A DNA stretch of 64,000 bases, from the NCBI GenBank assembly GCA_963816355.1, contig CAWFKH010000003.1, positions 544,001-608,000 of the forward strand. The letters run 5' to 3'. The stretch is from an uncultured Gemmatimonadales bacterium (lineage in GTDB: Bacteria; Gemmatimonadota; Gemmatimonadetes; Longimicrobiales; RSA9). The notes under the pieces were generated by a model, which saw only the letters and a program-made list of their open reading frames with translations, did no database searches and had not been told where the DNA came from. Shown here in pieces: positions 8,653 to 18,863 of this stretch (position 1 is the stretch's first letter; each line of letters starts with the position of its first letter). The position numbers were made by a program, and so were the translations under genes.

Positions 8653-9917
8653 GCGCCGGCGTCTCCCGTGGGCTCTTCCTCACCGCGCGCCACGCCCGCG
8701 GTCTGCCGCCCGAGCCACCAGGCTTCCCGCAGCAGCGCCTCCGCCTCGTCCGAGAGGGTGAGGCCGCGACGCGCTTCGACGATGCGGGCGGTGGCGAGGA
8801 AGCGGTCGATGTCGTAGGCCGCCGCATCCGCGCCGGCGCCCCACGTGAAGGGCGGGACGTAGCGCGGCGGCGTCGCGGCGCCGAAGAGGTTGCAGCCCGC
8901 CTCGACCACGGTGCCGGTCGAGAGCAGGGTGCCGATCGCTGTCTTCACGTGGTCGCCCAGTAGGCAGCCCAGCTTGGTCAGTCCCGTGTCGTGCTCACCG
9001 GTGGCCGTGCGGATGCGGACGGTGCCGTAGTTGTTCTTCAGGTCGCTGTTCGTGGTGAGCGCGCCGAGGTTGACCCAGCGGCCGAGGTAGGCGTGGCCGA
9101 GGAAGCCGTCGTGGGCCTTGTTGGCGTAGCCGAGGATCACCGACTCCTCGACCTGCCCGTGGACGCGGCAGGCGGGGCCGATCGAGACCGCCTCGAAGGC
9201 GCCGCCCAGCAGGATCGTGCCCGCGTCGATCGCGCTCGGTCCCACGATGTGCGTGAACGGGTGGACCACGACGTCGTCGCCGAGCACGATCGGGCCGCCG
9301 CGCGTGTCGAGGACGACGCCGGGATCGATGCGCACGCCGCGGCCGAGCGCGAGCGCGCCGTCGCCCAGGCGGTGCACGCCCTCCGGCAGCGCATGCTCGG
9401 AGGCGTCGCGCGCGAGCGCCGGCACGTCGCGCGCGGTCTGGTCCGGGGTGCCGGTGACCAGATCCCACACCTGACGCAGGAGGCGGCCCGGCCACACGAA
9501 CGGCTCCCCGCCGGCCGGCGTCCGCGCCGCGTCCCGGAAGAAGGCAGGCTCGGGCAGCGGCGCGCCCGGGGGAACGACGGCGCCGCACGGCTCGCCCTCC
9601 ATCAGGAGCAGCCGCGCCGCGCCGGCGGGCGGCGGCCCCGCATCCCACTCCGGCACCGCGCGCGAGGAGAGGAGCACGAGCTCGACATCGCGAGGCAGCG
9701 CCTCCGGCTCGATGGGGCGCGGCGCGCCCGGCTCGTCGAAGTGCAGGAGGTGGGAGGCGGCGATGTAGCCGACGCAGCGGCAGCCGCAGATGCGCTCGGC
9801 TCGCTCGCGCAGCAGCAGCGCGCCGTAGCGCAGCTCGGCGGCCGGCCGCGTGAGCGTGAAGGGCCGCCAGCCGTCGGCGACGTCGTCGTCGAACAGCACG
9901 AGCGCGCGGCGGCTCAC
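8649..9917 (-). CDS. GlmU-related putative sugar nucleotidyltransferase with hexapeptide repeats
   Basis: PFTLTRPAAELRYG, NKAHDGFLGHAYLGRWVNLGA, NSDLKNNY; GTG 9917 overlaps upstream stop. Confidence 0.85.
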   Translation of the reverse strand: MSRRALVLFDDDVADGWRPFTLTRPAAELRYGALLLRERAERICGCRCVGYIAASHLLHFDEPGAPRPIEPEALPRDVELVLLSSRAVPEWDAGPPPAGAARLLLMEGEPCGAVVPPGAPLPEPAFFRDAARTPAGGEPFVWPGRLLRQVWDLVTGTPDQTARDVPALARDASEHALPEGVHRLGDGALALGRGVRIDPGVVLDTRGGPIVLGDDVVVHPFTHIVGPSAIDAGTILLGGAFEAVSIGPACRVHGQVEESVILGYANKAHDGFLGHAYLGRWVNLGALTTNSDLKNNYGTVRIRTATGEHDTGLTKLGCLLGDHVKTAIGTLLSTGTVVEAGCNLFGAATPPRYVPPFTWGAGADAAAYDIDRFLATARIVEARRGLTLSDEAEALLREAWWLGRQTAGVARGEEEPTGDAGA

Positions 9918-10984
9918 CCGCCCTCCCCGTGGCGCAGCGCCTCGGGCAGCTCCGCGAGCAGCTTCTTCAGATCCGGCGCGCGCGCGCGCGGCGTCACCAG
10001 CGTGATCCCCTGCGCCCGCACGACCACCAGGTCGTCGGCGCCGAAGACGACGACGTCGCCGTCCTCGGACCAAACGATGCAGCGCCGGGCGTCGACGGTG
10101 TGGGCGTTGCCGACGCGCACGTTCCCGTCGGCGTCCGCGCTCCGCGTGCGGCCGACGGCGTCCCAGGCGCCGACGTCGTCCCAGCGGAAGTTGGCGGCCG
10201 CGACGGCGACGCGGTCGCTGCGCTCGAGCAGCCCCTCGTCGATCGAGAGCGACGGCGCGCGCCGGAAGAACTCGGCCTCCTCGCCGCGCTCGAGGAGCGG
10301 CAGCAGCGGCGCGAGCTCCGGGGTGTGCCGCGCGAGCTCGGCGAGGAGCACGTCGACGCGCCAGACGAAGATGCCGGAGTTCCAGAGGTAGCCGCTGCGG
10401 AGCAGGTACGTGCGGGCGGTCTCGAGGTCGGGCTTCTCGACGAACTCGCGCACCTCGAACGCACCGGCGGCGTCGGGGAGCGCGTCGCCCAGGCGGATGT
10501 AGCCGTAGCCGGTCTCCGGGCGCGTGGGCTCGACGCCGATCGTGAAGAGGCGCGGCTCCGTGGCGGCGAGGCGGCCGATGCGCGCGAGCAGGTCACGGAA
10601 CGCGGCGGCGGGCTCGATGACGTGGTCGGCGTGGAGCGACGCCATGACGGCGCGCGGGTCCTCGCGCGCGATGCGGGCGGCCGCCCAGGCGAGCACCGGC
10701 GCGGTGCCGCGCGCCCGCGGCTCGATCCAGATCTCGTCGGCGCCGATCGAAGGGAGCACTGCGGAGAAGGCGGCCGCGAGGTGCTCGCCGGCGAGGATGC
10801 GGAGTCGCTCGCGTGGGACGAGCGGCAGGATGCGCTCGACGGTGTCGACGACGAGAGGCCGGTCCCCGGCGAGCGGCAGGACCTGCTTCGGCCTCGCCGG
10901 TGTAGAGACGGGCCAGAAGCGGGAGCCGATGCCGCCGGCGAGGATCACCGCCCAGAGGCGGGCCTCAGTGGCGGAAGATTTCAT
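9914..10984 (-). CDS. manC: Mannose-1-phosphate guanylyltransferase
   Basis: ILAGGIGSRFWPVS..PKQ, PETGYGYI, FVEKP, WNSGIF, WDDVGAW. Confidence 0.88.
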   Translation of the reverse strand: MKSSATEARLWAVILAGGIGSRFWPVSTPARPKQVLPLAGDRPLVVDTVERILPLVPRERLRILAGEHLAAAFSAVLPSIGADEIWIEPRARGTAPVLAWAAARIAREDPRAVMASLHADHVIEPAAAFRDLLARIGRLAATEPRLFTIGVEPTRPETGYGYIRLGDALPDAAGAFEVREFVEKPDLETARTYLLRSGYLWNSGIFVWRVDVLLAELARHTPELAPLLPLLERGEEAEFFRRAPSLSIDEGLLERSDRVAVAAANFRWDDVGAWDAVGRTRSADADGNVRVGNAHTVDARRCIVWSEDGDVVVFGADDLVVVRAQGITLVTPRARAPDLKKLLAELPEALRHGEGG

Positions 10985-11354
10985 CGATGCGGGCCATCAG
11001 CTTCTTCGGGCTGAACGGCTTCGTCAGGAAGTCGGTCGCGCCCAGCTCGGCGGCTCGCTCGCGGTCGGCATCCTGCCCCTTCGCGGTGAGCATGATGACC
11101 GGCGTATCGCGGCGGTGCGGCAGCTCGCGCAGCTCGGCGAGCACCTCGAGTCCGCTCATCTGCGGCATCATGATGTCGAGGAGCACGAGGTCGATCGCGA
11201 CGTCGGAGCGAAGGCGTTCGACGGCGCGGCGTCCGTCCTCGACGAGCTCGACGCGGTAAGGCCCGTGCTCGAGCTTGAGCTGGATGATCCTCGCGATGTA
11301 GGGCTCGTCGTCGACGACCAGGACGCGACGAGCCTTCTCCGGAACGCGAGCCAT
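10965..11354 (-). CDS. Single-domain response regulator (receiver only)
   Basis: VLVVDDE, LLDIMMP, MLTA, FLTKPF. Confidence 0.92.
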   Translation of the reverse strand: MARVPEKARRVLVVDDEPYIARIIQLKLEHGPYRVELVEDGRRAVERLRSDVAIDLVLLDIMMPQMSGLEVLAELRELPHRRDTPVIMLTAKGQDADRERAAELGATDFLTKPFSPKKLMARIDEIFRH

Positions 11355-11434
11355 CCGAGCGCGGCCTCGACGAGGGAAGGGGTGTTGCGAGCCCCGCGCC
11401 CGAGCGCGGTCGAAGGGCTTCGTGAACGCGGGGG

Positions 11435-11463
11435 ACGTTAGACCGACGGCGGCGCGAAGTCAA
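11435..11463 (-). promoter_or_regulatory. Sigma70-type promoter of the receiver-manC operon
   Basis: Minus strand TTGACT-17nt-TAACGT. Confidence 0.55.
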
Positions 11464-11484
11464 GCAGTGTGGCGGACTTGCGCC

Positions 11485-11513
11485 TTGACACGGTGGGAGG
11501 CCGATCCTAAGCT
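11485..11513 (+). promoter_or_regulatory. Sigma70-type promoter of the lipoprotein-serS unit
   Basis: TTGACA-17nt-TAAGCT, back to back with the divergent promoter. Confidence 0.7.
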
Positions 11514-11559
11514 ACGCCGCCCCCGCGCGGCGCGGCGAAACCCGAGCAGCGGAGCACCT

Positions 11560-12135
11560 TTGCGAACCATCATCGTCCTGACGATCCTCGCGGCCGCGGT
11601 CACCCTCGGCGGGTGCAGCGACCCGCTCGCGCCGCAGCCGTGGCCGTTCGCGTTCACGGTTCCGGACACGGTCGACCTGTACTCGCTGGGGCGTCCGGAT
11701 TACCTGGGCCTGCCGGGCGCGTTCGACTTCACCGCTTCCGGCCACCGCGCGGTGGTGCTCGAGCAGCCCGGCGCGATCGCGACGTGGGACGTGGGCGTCA
11801 CCGGGGACGCGGACAGGCTCGTGCTCTTTCCTCCGGCCACGCTGCCGGGGATCCGCTCGAACGCCGCGATCGCGCCGGTGCCGAACGCGACCTTCGACGG
11901 GCTGCTGGAGGCGCCCGCGGCGGGGAACGGCATCGTCTACCACGACTCGACGACGGTGCCGGCGACGGTCGGCGGCGTCTACGTCGTGCGCTCCCGCACG
12001 ATCTCCGGACCGCTCGGGACGTGCAGCTACTACGCGAAGATGGAGGTGCTCGCGATCGACCTCGAGAAGGGCACGCTGCGCTTCCGCTTCCTCGCGGATC
12101 CGAACTGCAACGCCCGCTCCTTCGTTTCGCCGTAG
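11560..12135 (+). CDS. Lipoprotein, possibly HmuY-like fold
   Basis: GGAG then TTG 11560 gives MRTIIVLTILAAAVTLGGC lipobox; WDVG and VYVVRS...YYAKMEV motifs. Confidence 0.75.
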   Translation: MRTIIVLTILAAAVTLGGCSDPLAPQPWPFAFTVPDTVDLYSLGRPDYLGLPGAFDFTASGHRAVVLEQPGAIATWDVGVTGDADRLVLFPPATLPGIRSNAAIAPVPNATFDGLLEAPAAGNGIVYHDSTTVPATVGGVYVVRSRTISGPLGTCSYYAKMEVLAIDLEKGTLRFRFLADPNCNARSFVSP

Positions 12136-12146
12136 CACGGCGCGGC

Positions 12147-13427
12147 ATGCTCGACCTGCGATGGATCCGGGAGGAACGGGAGCGGATCCGCGAGCGGCTC
12201 GCGGTGCGCGGCAGCCCGGAGGTGCTCGCGCTCGTCGATCGCGCGCACGACCTGGACGAGGTGCGCCGCGAGTTGATCGGCGAGGTCGACGCTTTGAAGG
12301 CGGAGCGGAACCGCGTCTCGCCGCAGGTGGGGGAGCTGAAGAAGCAGGGGCGGCACGCGGAGGCGGAGACGGTGATCGCCGAGATGCGGACGCTGGTCGA
12401 TCGCATCGGTGGGATCGACGCGCGCCTCGCCGCGACCGAGTCCGAGATCGACGCGCTCCTGCTGCAGATCCCCAACGTGCCGGAGCCGGAGGTGCCGCCG
12501 GGTGGCGAGGCGGACGCGGTCGAGGTGCGGGAATGGGGCGAGGCGCCGACGTTCGACTTCGAGCCGAAGCCGCACTGGGAGCTCGGCGAAGCGCTCGGCA
12601 TCCTGGACCTGGCGCGCGGCGCCAAAGTGGCGGGGTCGGGCTTTCCTCTCTACGTCCGGGAAGGGGCCCGGCTCGAGCGCTCGCTGATCAACTTCATGCT
12701 CGACCTGCACAGCGGGGAGCACGGCTACACGGAGGTGTGGCCGCCGCTGCTGATCAACCGGGTCGCGGCGACCGGCACCGGTCACCTGCCGAAGTTCGGC
12801 GACGACATGTACGAGGTGCCGGAGGACGGCTTCTTCCTGGTCCCGACGGCGGAGGTCCCGGTCACGAACCTGTACGGCGGCGAGATCCTGTCGGCGGAGG
12901 CGGTGCCGATCCGCCACGTCGCCTACACGCCGTGCTTCCGCCGCGAGGCGGGCGCGCACGGCAAGGACACCCGGGGCCTGATCCGGCTTCATCAGTTCGA
13001 CAAGGTGGAGCTGGTGCGCTTCGAGAGGCCGGAGGCGTCGCGCGCGGCGCTGGAGGAGCTGACGTCGCACGCGGAGGAAGTACTCCGTCGCCTCGGGCTG
13101 CGTTATCGGGTGATCCTGCTGGCCGGCGGCGACCTCGGCTTCTCGAACGCCAAGACGTACGACATCGAGGTGTGGGCACCCGGCGTGCAGCGCTGGCTCG
13201 AGGTGTCGAGCTGCTCTCTGTACACGGACTACCAGGCCCGGCGCGCCGGCATCCGGTTCCGCCCGGCGGCGGGCGCGAAGCCGGAGTACGTGCACACGCT
13301 CAACGGCTCCGGACTGGCGTTGCCGCGCACAATGATCGCCCTCCTCGAGAGTTATCAGCAGGCCGACGGCAGCGTGCGGATCCCGGCGCCGGTGGCGGCC
13401 TACTTGGGCCGGGACCGCATCGGTTGA
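12147..13427 (+). CDS. serS: Serine--tRNA ligase
   Basis: MLDLRWIR, PTAEVP, CFRREAG, HQFDKVE, EVSSCS, HTLNGSG. Confidence 0.97.
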   Translation: MLDLRWIREERERIRERLAVRGSPEVLALVDRAHDLDEVRRELIGEVDALKAERNRVSPQVGELKKQGRHAEAETVIAEMRTLVDRIGGIDARLAATESEIDALLLQIPNVPEPEVPPGGEADAVEVREWGEAPTFDFEPKPHWELGEALGILDLARGAKVAGSGFPLYVREGARLERSLINFMLDLHSGEHGYTEVWPPLLINRVAATGTGHLPKFGDDMYEVPEDGFFLVPTAEVPVTNLYGGEILSAEAVPIRHVAYTPCFRREAGAHGKDTRGLIRLHQFDKVELVRFERPEASRAALEELTSHAEEVLRRLGLRYRVILLAGGDLGFSNAKTYDIEVWAPGVQRWLEVSSCSLYTDYQARRAGIRFRPAAGAKPEYVHTLNGSGLALPRTMIALLESYQQADGSVRIPAPVAAYLGRDRIG

Positions 13428-13544
13428 AGCGGCGCGACGCCGCGCCGAACCAGACGCCGGGCCGAGCGAGACGCCGGGCGTGCGAGCGCGAGGCCGCGCG
13501 CGCCCGCGTCCGCGAGCAGCAGGTCCGCGACCGCTAGGACGCCC

Positions 13545-14750
13545 GTGAACCGACGCTACTGGCCCGCAGCGCTCGCGCTGCTCTCCGTCGCCATCTTCGG
13601 CTCGTACCTGCTCTACACGGAGCACCTGGCGCGCCGGATCCGGCAGGACGCCGGGATCCAGCAGCGCATGTACGCCGAGGTCCAGCGGGGCCTGCTCTCG
13701 GAGAACGGCGCGGTGCAGGCGCTCTTCGACCTGCAGGACGAGATCAAGCGGCTCGGCGTGCCGCTGGTGGTGCTGAACGCGGCGGGCGAGGTGACGGGGC
13801 AGGCGAACCTGCCGTTCCCGGTCGACCTCGACGATCCGCAGGATCGCATACGGATCAAGCGCTACGCGATCCAGCTTCGGCTGGAGAACGGCTTCATCAC
13901 GGAGCCGGGCGTGGGCGAGATCTACTTCGGCGCGCCGCCGATCCTGAAGGGGCTGCGGTGGATCCCGTGGATTCAGGTGTCGAGCGGGGTGCTGGTGCTG
14001 GCGATCGCCCTCGGCCTGATCTACGTGAACACGCGGGCGGAGCGGGAGCGGCTGTGGGCGGCGATGGCGCGCGAGCTCGCGCACCAGATGGGCACGCCGC
14101 TCTCCTCGATGGCGGGCTGGATCGAGGTGTTGCAGGCCACGCCTGAGGAGTGGCAGGCGCTGGGCGGCGAGGTGCAGATCGCGCGCGAACTGTCCGCGGA
14201 CCTCGACCGGCTGGAGCGCGTTTCGCGCCGCTTCGAGCTGATCGGCAAGCCGCCGCAGCTCGAGGCGGTGAGCGTGCCGGCCCTGATGGGGGATCTGGAG
14301 AAGTACCTGCGGCCGCGCGCGCCGCGCCTGGGCGCCGGCGTCGAGTTCACGGTGCGCACGAGGACGGGGCTGCCGGCGGTGCGGGCGAATCGCGTGCTGA
14401 TCCTGTGGGCGCTCGAGAACCTGGTGAAGAACGCGCTGGATGCGCTGGCGGGGCGGGGTGGCCGCATCCGCGTCGCGGCGTTCGGCGGGCCGGGCGATGG
14501 CGTCCGGATCGCGGTCAGCGACGACGGTCCGGGGATCGATCCGGCGGTGCGGAACCGCCTCTTCGAGCCGGGCGTGAGCACGAAGCCGTCCGGTTGGGGG
14601 GTGGGATTGTCCCTGGCGCGGCGGATCGTGGAAGAGGTGCACGGAGGCCGGATCGCGGTGCAGGCGCGGCGTGGTGGGGGGACCGTCTTCCTGCTGGACC
14701 TGCCGCGCGCGGCGGACGGAGAGCGAGTCGAGAAGAAGAGCGGGGTTTGA
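13545..14750 (+). CDS. Membrane sensor histidine kinase
   Basis: Two hydrophobic segments; ELAHQMGTPLS (H box), NLVKNALDA, DDGPGI, GWGVGL. Confidence 0.92.
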   Translation: MNRRYWPAALALLSVAIFGSYLLYTEHLARRIRQDAGIQQRMYAEVQRGLLSENGAVQALFDLQDEIKRLGVPLVVLNAAGEVTGQANLPFPVDLDDPQDRIRIKRYAIQLRLENGFITEPGVGEIYFGAPPILKGLRWIPWIQVSSGVLVLAIALGLIYVNTRAERERLWAAMARELAHQMGTPLSSMAGWIEVLQATPEEWQALGGEVQIARELSADLDRLERVSRRFELIGKPPQLEAVSVPALMGDLEKYLRPRAPRLGAGVEFTVRTRTGLPAVRANRVLILWALENLVKNALDALAGRGGRIRVAAFGGPGDGVRIAVSDDGPGIDPAVRNRLFEPGVSTKPSGWGVGLSLARRIVEEVHGGRIAVQARRGGGTVFLLDLPRAADGERVEKKSGV

Positions 14751-17065
14751 TGCAGCAGCGGCAGTGGCTGGCGGGACTCAATCCGGAGCAGCGGCAGGCG
14801 GTCGAGCACGTGAGCGGGCCGATCCTCGTGCTTGCGGGCGCGGGATCGGGCAAGACGCGCGTCCTCACGACGCGCATCGCCCACCTCGTGCAGGAGCACG
14901 GCGTCGACCCGGCGGCGATCTTCGCCGTCACCTTCACGAACAAGGCCGCGGCCGAGATGCGGGAGCGGGTCCGGCAGCTCCTCGGGCAGGAGCCGGCCGG
15001 CATGTGGGTGGGCACCTTCCACTCGCTCGGCGCGCGCATGCTGCGCCGCCACGCCGCGCGGCTCGGCTGGGCGCCGAATTTCTCGATCTACGACGCCGAC
15101 CAGCAGCTCCGCGAGGTGAAGCGGATCATGGAGGCGGCGGGGCACCCACCCAAGCGCTGGCACCCGCGCGCCGTCCACGGCGAGATCTCCAACGCCAAGA
15201 ACCAGCTCGTGCCGCCGGAGGAGTACGCGACGACGGCGCTTGCCGCGTTCCAGCGCGTCGTCGCCGACGTCTATCCGCGCTACGAAGCCGCGCTCCGCGA
15301 GCAGAACGCGTTCGACTTCGACGACCTGCTCGTGCGGCCGGTCGAGCTCTTCGTCGGCCATCCCGGCGTGTTGCAGGCGTACCGGGAGCGCTTCCACTTC
15401 GTTCTCGTCGACGAGTATCAGGACACGAACCGGGCGCAGTACCGCTTCCTCGAGCTGCTCGCGCGCGGACACGCCAACCTGATGGTGGTGGGCGACGACG
15501 ACCAGTCGATCTACCGGTGGCGCGGCGCCGACATCCGCAACATCCTCGACTTCGAGCAGGACTTCCCCGACGCCCGCATCGTCCGGCTCGAGCGCAACTA
15601 CCGCTCGACGCGCCGCATTCTCGACGTCGCCAACCACGTGATCGCCGAGAACCAGCGCCGCAAGGGAAAGACGCTGCGCACGGAGGCGGGAGAGGGCGAG
15701 CGGGTCACGCTCGTGGAGGCGGCGGACGAGCGCGACGAGGCGGGCTTCATCCTCAAGGAGATCGATGCGCGACGCGCGCTCGAGCGCGACCTGCGGCTGC
15801 GCGACTTCGTCGTGCTCTATCGCACCAACGCACAGTCTCGCGCGCTGGAAGAGGCGTTCCGCGCGCGCGGCATGCCGTACCAGATCGTGGGCGGCACGCG
15901 CTTCTACGAGCGCCGCGAGATCATGGACCTGCTCGCCTACCTGCGGCTGATCTCGAACCCGGCGGACGCGGGCGCGCTCGACCGCATCCTGAACTATCCG
16001 CGGCGCGGCATCGGCGACGCGACCCGGGCGCGCCTCTTTGCGTGGGCGACGGACGCCGGGCTCGCGCCCTTTGAAGCCGCGCGCCGGGCGCGCGAGTGCG
16101 CGGACCTGCCGGCGGCGGGTGCCACGGCTGTCGCCGGCTTCGCGGAGATGATCGACCGCTTCCGCGCGCTCGCGCCGCACATCGGCGTGGGGGAGCTGCT
16201 GGAGAAGCTGATCGAGGAGGCGGGTATCGTGGCCGCACTCGAGGCGGAGGGTCCGGAGGGCGAGGACCGGATCGACAACGTGCGCGAGCTGGTCGCCGGC
16301 GCGGCGGACTTCGACGAGCGCCTCGCGAACGGCGAACTGGCCGACGAGGAGGCGCCCGCGGAGTCGACGGCGCTCGACCTCTTCCTCCAGAACGTCGCCC
16401 TCGTCACGGACGTGGACCGCCACGATCCGACGGCGGACGCGGTCACGATGATGACCCTGCACAACGCGAAGGGGCTCGAGTTCCCCTACGTTTTCATCAG
16501 CGGCCTCGAGGATGGCCTCTTCCCGCTCGCGCGGTCCTACGAGGAGCCGGAGGCGCTCGAGGAGGAGCGTCGCCTCTTCTACGTCGGCATCACGCGGGCG
16601 AAGCGGAAGCTCTACCTGTCGCACGTCCGGCTGCGGCGGCGGGCGGGCGATGTCACCGCCTGCGTGCCCTCCTCCTTCCTCAAGCCGATTCCGCCCGCGC
16701 ACGTGGACGAGCGCACGACGGCCGCGGTGGCGCGCCTGAAGGCGACGCCGCGCTGGGGCGGCGACGGCTGGTCCTCGCGCCGCGGCGGGCGCGCGGCCGG
16801 CGGCGCCGCCCGCCACTCGCGCGACGATCCGTTCGGCGGCGCCGACGCCGACGACGGCGGCCGCGGCCTCGTGATCGACTACAGCGACGCGCAGGACGCA
16901 CCGCGCTTCGTCAAGGGCGAGCGGGTGCGGCACCCCCGCTTCGGCCGGGGCACGATCCGCGAGCTGTCCGGCTTCGGCCGCGACCTCAAGGCCGTGATCG
17001 ACTTCGAGCACAGCGGCCGCCGGAAGGTGATGATCCAGTTCGCCAACCTGCAGAAGGAGCTGTAG
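14750..17065 (+). CDS. pcrA: UvrD/PcrA DNA helicase
   Basis: AGAGSGKT, VDEYQDTN, VGDDDQSIY, NYRST, TLHNAKGLEF, C-terminal RVRHPRFG. Confidence 0.95.
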   Translation: MQQRQWLAGLNPEQRQAVEHVSGPILVLAGAGSGKTRVLTTRIAHLVQEHGVDPAAIFAVTFTNKAAAEMRERVRQLLGQEPAGMWVGTFHSLGARMLRRHAARLGWAPNFSIYDADQQLREVKRIMEAAGHPPKRWHPRAVHGEISNAKNQLVPPEEYATTALAAFQRVVADVYPRYEAALREQNAFDFDDLLVRPVELFVGHPGVLQAYRERFHFVLVDEYQDTNRAQYRFLELLARGHANLMVVGDDDQSIYRWRGADIRNILDFEQDFPDARIVRLERNYRSTRRILDVANHVIAENQRRKGKTLRTEAGEGERVTLVEAADERDEAGFILKEIDARRALERDLRLRDFVVLYRTNAQSRALEEAFRARGMPYQIVGGTRFYERREIMDLLAYLRLISNPADAGALDRILNYPRRGIGDATRARLFAWATDAGLAPFEAARRARECADLPAAGATAVAGFAEMIDRFRALAPHIGVGELLEKLIEEAGIVAALEAEGPEGEDRIDNVRELVAGAADFDERLANGELADEEAPAESTALDLFLQNVALVTDVDRHDPTADAVTMMTLHNAKGLEFPYVFISGLEDGLFPLARSYEEPEALEEERRLFYVGITRAKRKLYLSHVRLRRRAGDVTACVPSSFLKPIPPAHVDERTTAAVARLKATPRWGGDGWSSRRGGRAAGGAARHSRDDPFGGADADDGGRGLVIDYSDAQDAPRFVKGERVRHPRFGRGTIRELSGFGRDLKAVIDFEHSGRRKVMIQFANLQKEL

Positions 17066-17069
17066 CGGC

Positions 17070-17381
17070 GTGGCGGTCCCGCCCGGCGACGTCCGCCGCT
17101 ACGCCGACCTCGCGCGCCTCTCCCTGGACGCGGACGAGGTGGCGCGGCTCGCCGCCGAGCTGAGCCGCATCCTGGCGCACGTCGAGCGCCTCGCGGCGGT
17201 GCCCATCGATGGCTCCGCGGAGCGGGACGCCGGCGCGGACGCGCCGGCCGACTTCCGCCCGGACGCGCCGGGTGCGGACCCGCTGCAGACGCCGCTCGAC
17301 GCGTTCGCCCCGGGCTGGGACGCGCCGTTCTTCGCCGTTCCGCTGGTGCCCGGGATGGAGGGAGGGGAGGAGCCGGCGTGA
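17070..17381 (+). CDS. gatC: Asp/Glu-tRNA amidotransferase subunit C
   Basis: VRRYADLARL..ELSRIL, FRPD, FFAVP; directly precedes gatA. Confidence 0.85.
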   Translation: MAVPPGDVRRYADLARLSLDADEVARLAAELSRILAHVERLAAVPIDGSAERDAGADAPADFRPDAPGADPLQTPLDAFAPGWDAPFFAVPLVPGMEGGEEPA

Positions 17382-18826
17382 CGCCGCGTGGCAGCGGCCG
17401 GATCGCGGACGTGCTGGCGGACGCGTCTCCCGTCTCGGCGCGCCTCGAGCGCTGTCTCCCCGCCATCGTCGCCGATCCGCTGCACGCCTTCCTCGCCGTC
17501 GACGAAGCGGGCGCCCGCGCCGCGGCGGCGGCGATAGACGCGGCGGGGCCGCCGCCGATCGGCGCGGCGGGGCCGCCGCTGCGCGGCGTCACGGTCGCCG
17601 TGAAGGACAACCTGTGCGCGCTCGGCGTGCCGACCACCTGCGGCTCCCGGATCCTCGAAGGCTTCCACGCGCCGTACGAGGCGACGGCGGTGCGGCGCCT
17701 CCGCGCGGCGGGCGCGATCGTCGTCGGCAAGACGAACCTCGACGAGTTCGCGATGGGGTCCTCGACGGAGAACTCGGCGTACGGCCCGACGCGCAATCCG
17801 CACGACCCGGCGCGCGTACCCGGGGGATCCTCGGGCGGATCGGCGGCGGCGGTGGCGGCGGGGTTGGTCGACGCCGCGCTCGGCTCGGACACGGGCGGCT
17901 CGGTGCGGCAGCCGGCGGCGTTCTGCGGCGTCGTCGGGTTCAAGCCGACGTACGGCCGCGTCAGCCGCTACGGCCTGGTGGCGTTCGCCTCCTCGCTCGA
18001 CCAGGTGGGCACGTTCGGCCGCCGCGTGGAGGATGCGGCGCGGGTGCTGCAGGCGATCGCGGGCCCGGACCGCTTCGACGCGACCGCCTGCGGGCTGCCG
18101 GTGCCGGACCTGGTCGCGGCGGCGCGGCTGGGTGCGACGACGGCCGGCGCTCGTGCGCTCGTCGTCGGCGTACCCCGCGAGTACGTGACGGACGACGTCG
18201 CGCCGGGCGTGCGCGCGCAACTGGACGCGGCGATCGAGCGGCTGCGCGCCGCCGGCGCGGCGGTGCGCGACGTGTCGTTGCCGCACACGGAGCTCGCCCT
18301 TCCCGCCTACTGCGTGATCGCCCCGGCGGAGGCGTCGAGCAATCTCGCCCGCTACGACGGCGTCCGCTTCGGCCCCGGCACGCGGAACGCGGCGTCGCTG
18401 CTCGATCTGTATCGCGGCGCGCGCTCGCGCGGCTTCGGCCGGGAGGTGAAGCGCCGCATCGTGCTCGGCACCTTCGTGCTGTCAGCCGGCCACCACGAGC
18501 GCTACTTCGGGAGCGCCCAGCGGGCGCGGCTCCGGATCGCACGCGATTTCGACGAAGCCTTCGGGATCGGCGTCCACGTGCTGCTCACGCCGACGTCGCC
18601 GGACGTCGCGTTCCGCTTCGGCGAGCGGGTGGAGGACCCGTACGCGATGTACCGCTCCGACCGCTTCACCGTGGCGGCGAACCTGGCCGGGCTGCCGGCG
18701 ATCTCGGTGCCGATCGGCACGAGCGGCGGCCTGCCGGTGGGCGCGCAGCTCATCGCGCCCCGGTGGTCGGAGGCGAGCCTGGTGCGGGCCGCGTCGGCGC
18801 TGGAGCACGCGTGGGAGGCGGCGTGA
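17378..18826 (+). CDS. gatA: Asp/Glu-tRNA amidotransferase subunit A
   Basis: VKDN, GKTNLDEFAMGSS, GGSSGGS, GSDTGGSVRQP. Confidence 0.95.
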   Translation: MTPRGSGRIADVLADASPVSARLERCLPAIVADPLHAFLAVDEAGARAAAAAIDAAGPPPIGAAGPPLRGVTVAVKDNLCALGVPTTCGSRILEGFHAPYEATAVRRLRAAGAIVVGKTNLDEFAMGSSTENSAYGPTRNPHDPARVPGGSSGGSAAAVAAGLVDAALGSDTGGSVRQPAAFCGVVGFKPTYGRVSRYGLVAFASSLDQVGTFGRRVEDAARVLQAIAGPDRFDATACGLPVPDLVAAARLGATTAGARALVVGVPREYVTDDVAPGVRAQLDAAIERLRAAGAAVRDVSLPHTELALPAYCVIAPAEASSNLARYDGVRFGPGTRNAASLLDLYRGARSRGFGREVKRRIVLGTFVLSAGHHERYFGSAQRARLRIARDFDEAFGIGVHVLLTPTSPDVAFRFGERVEDPYAMYRSDRFTVAANLAGLPAISVPIGTSGGLPVGAQLIAPRWSEASLVRAASALEHAWEAA

Positions 18827-18863
18827 TGCGTCGCGGAGGCGGAGCGATGCAGCGGGGGCGGGC

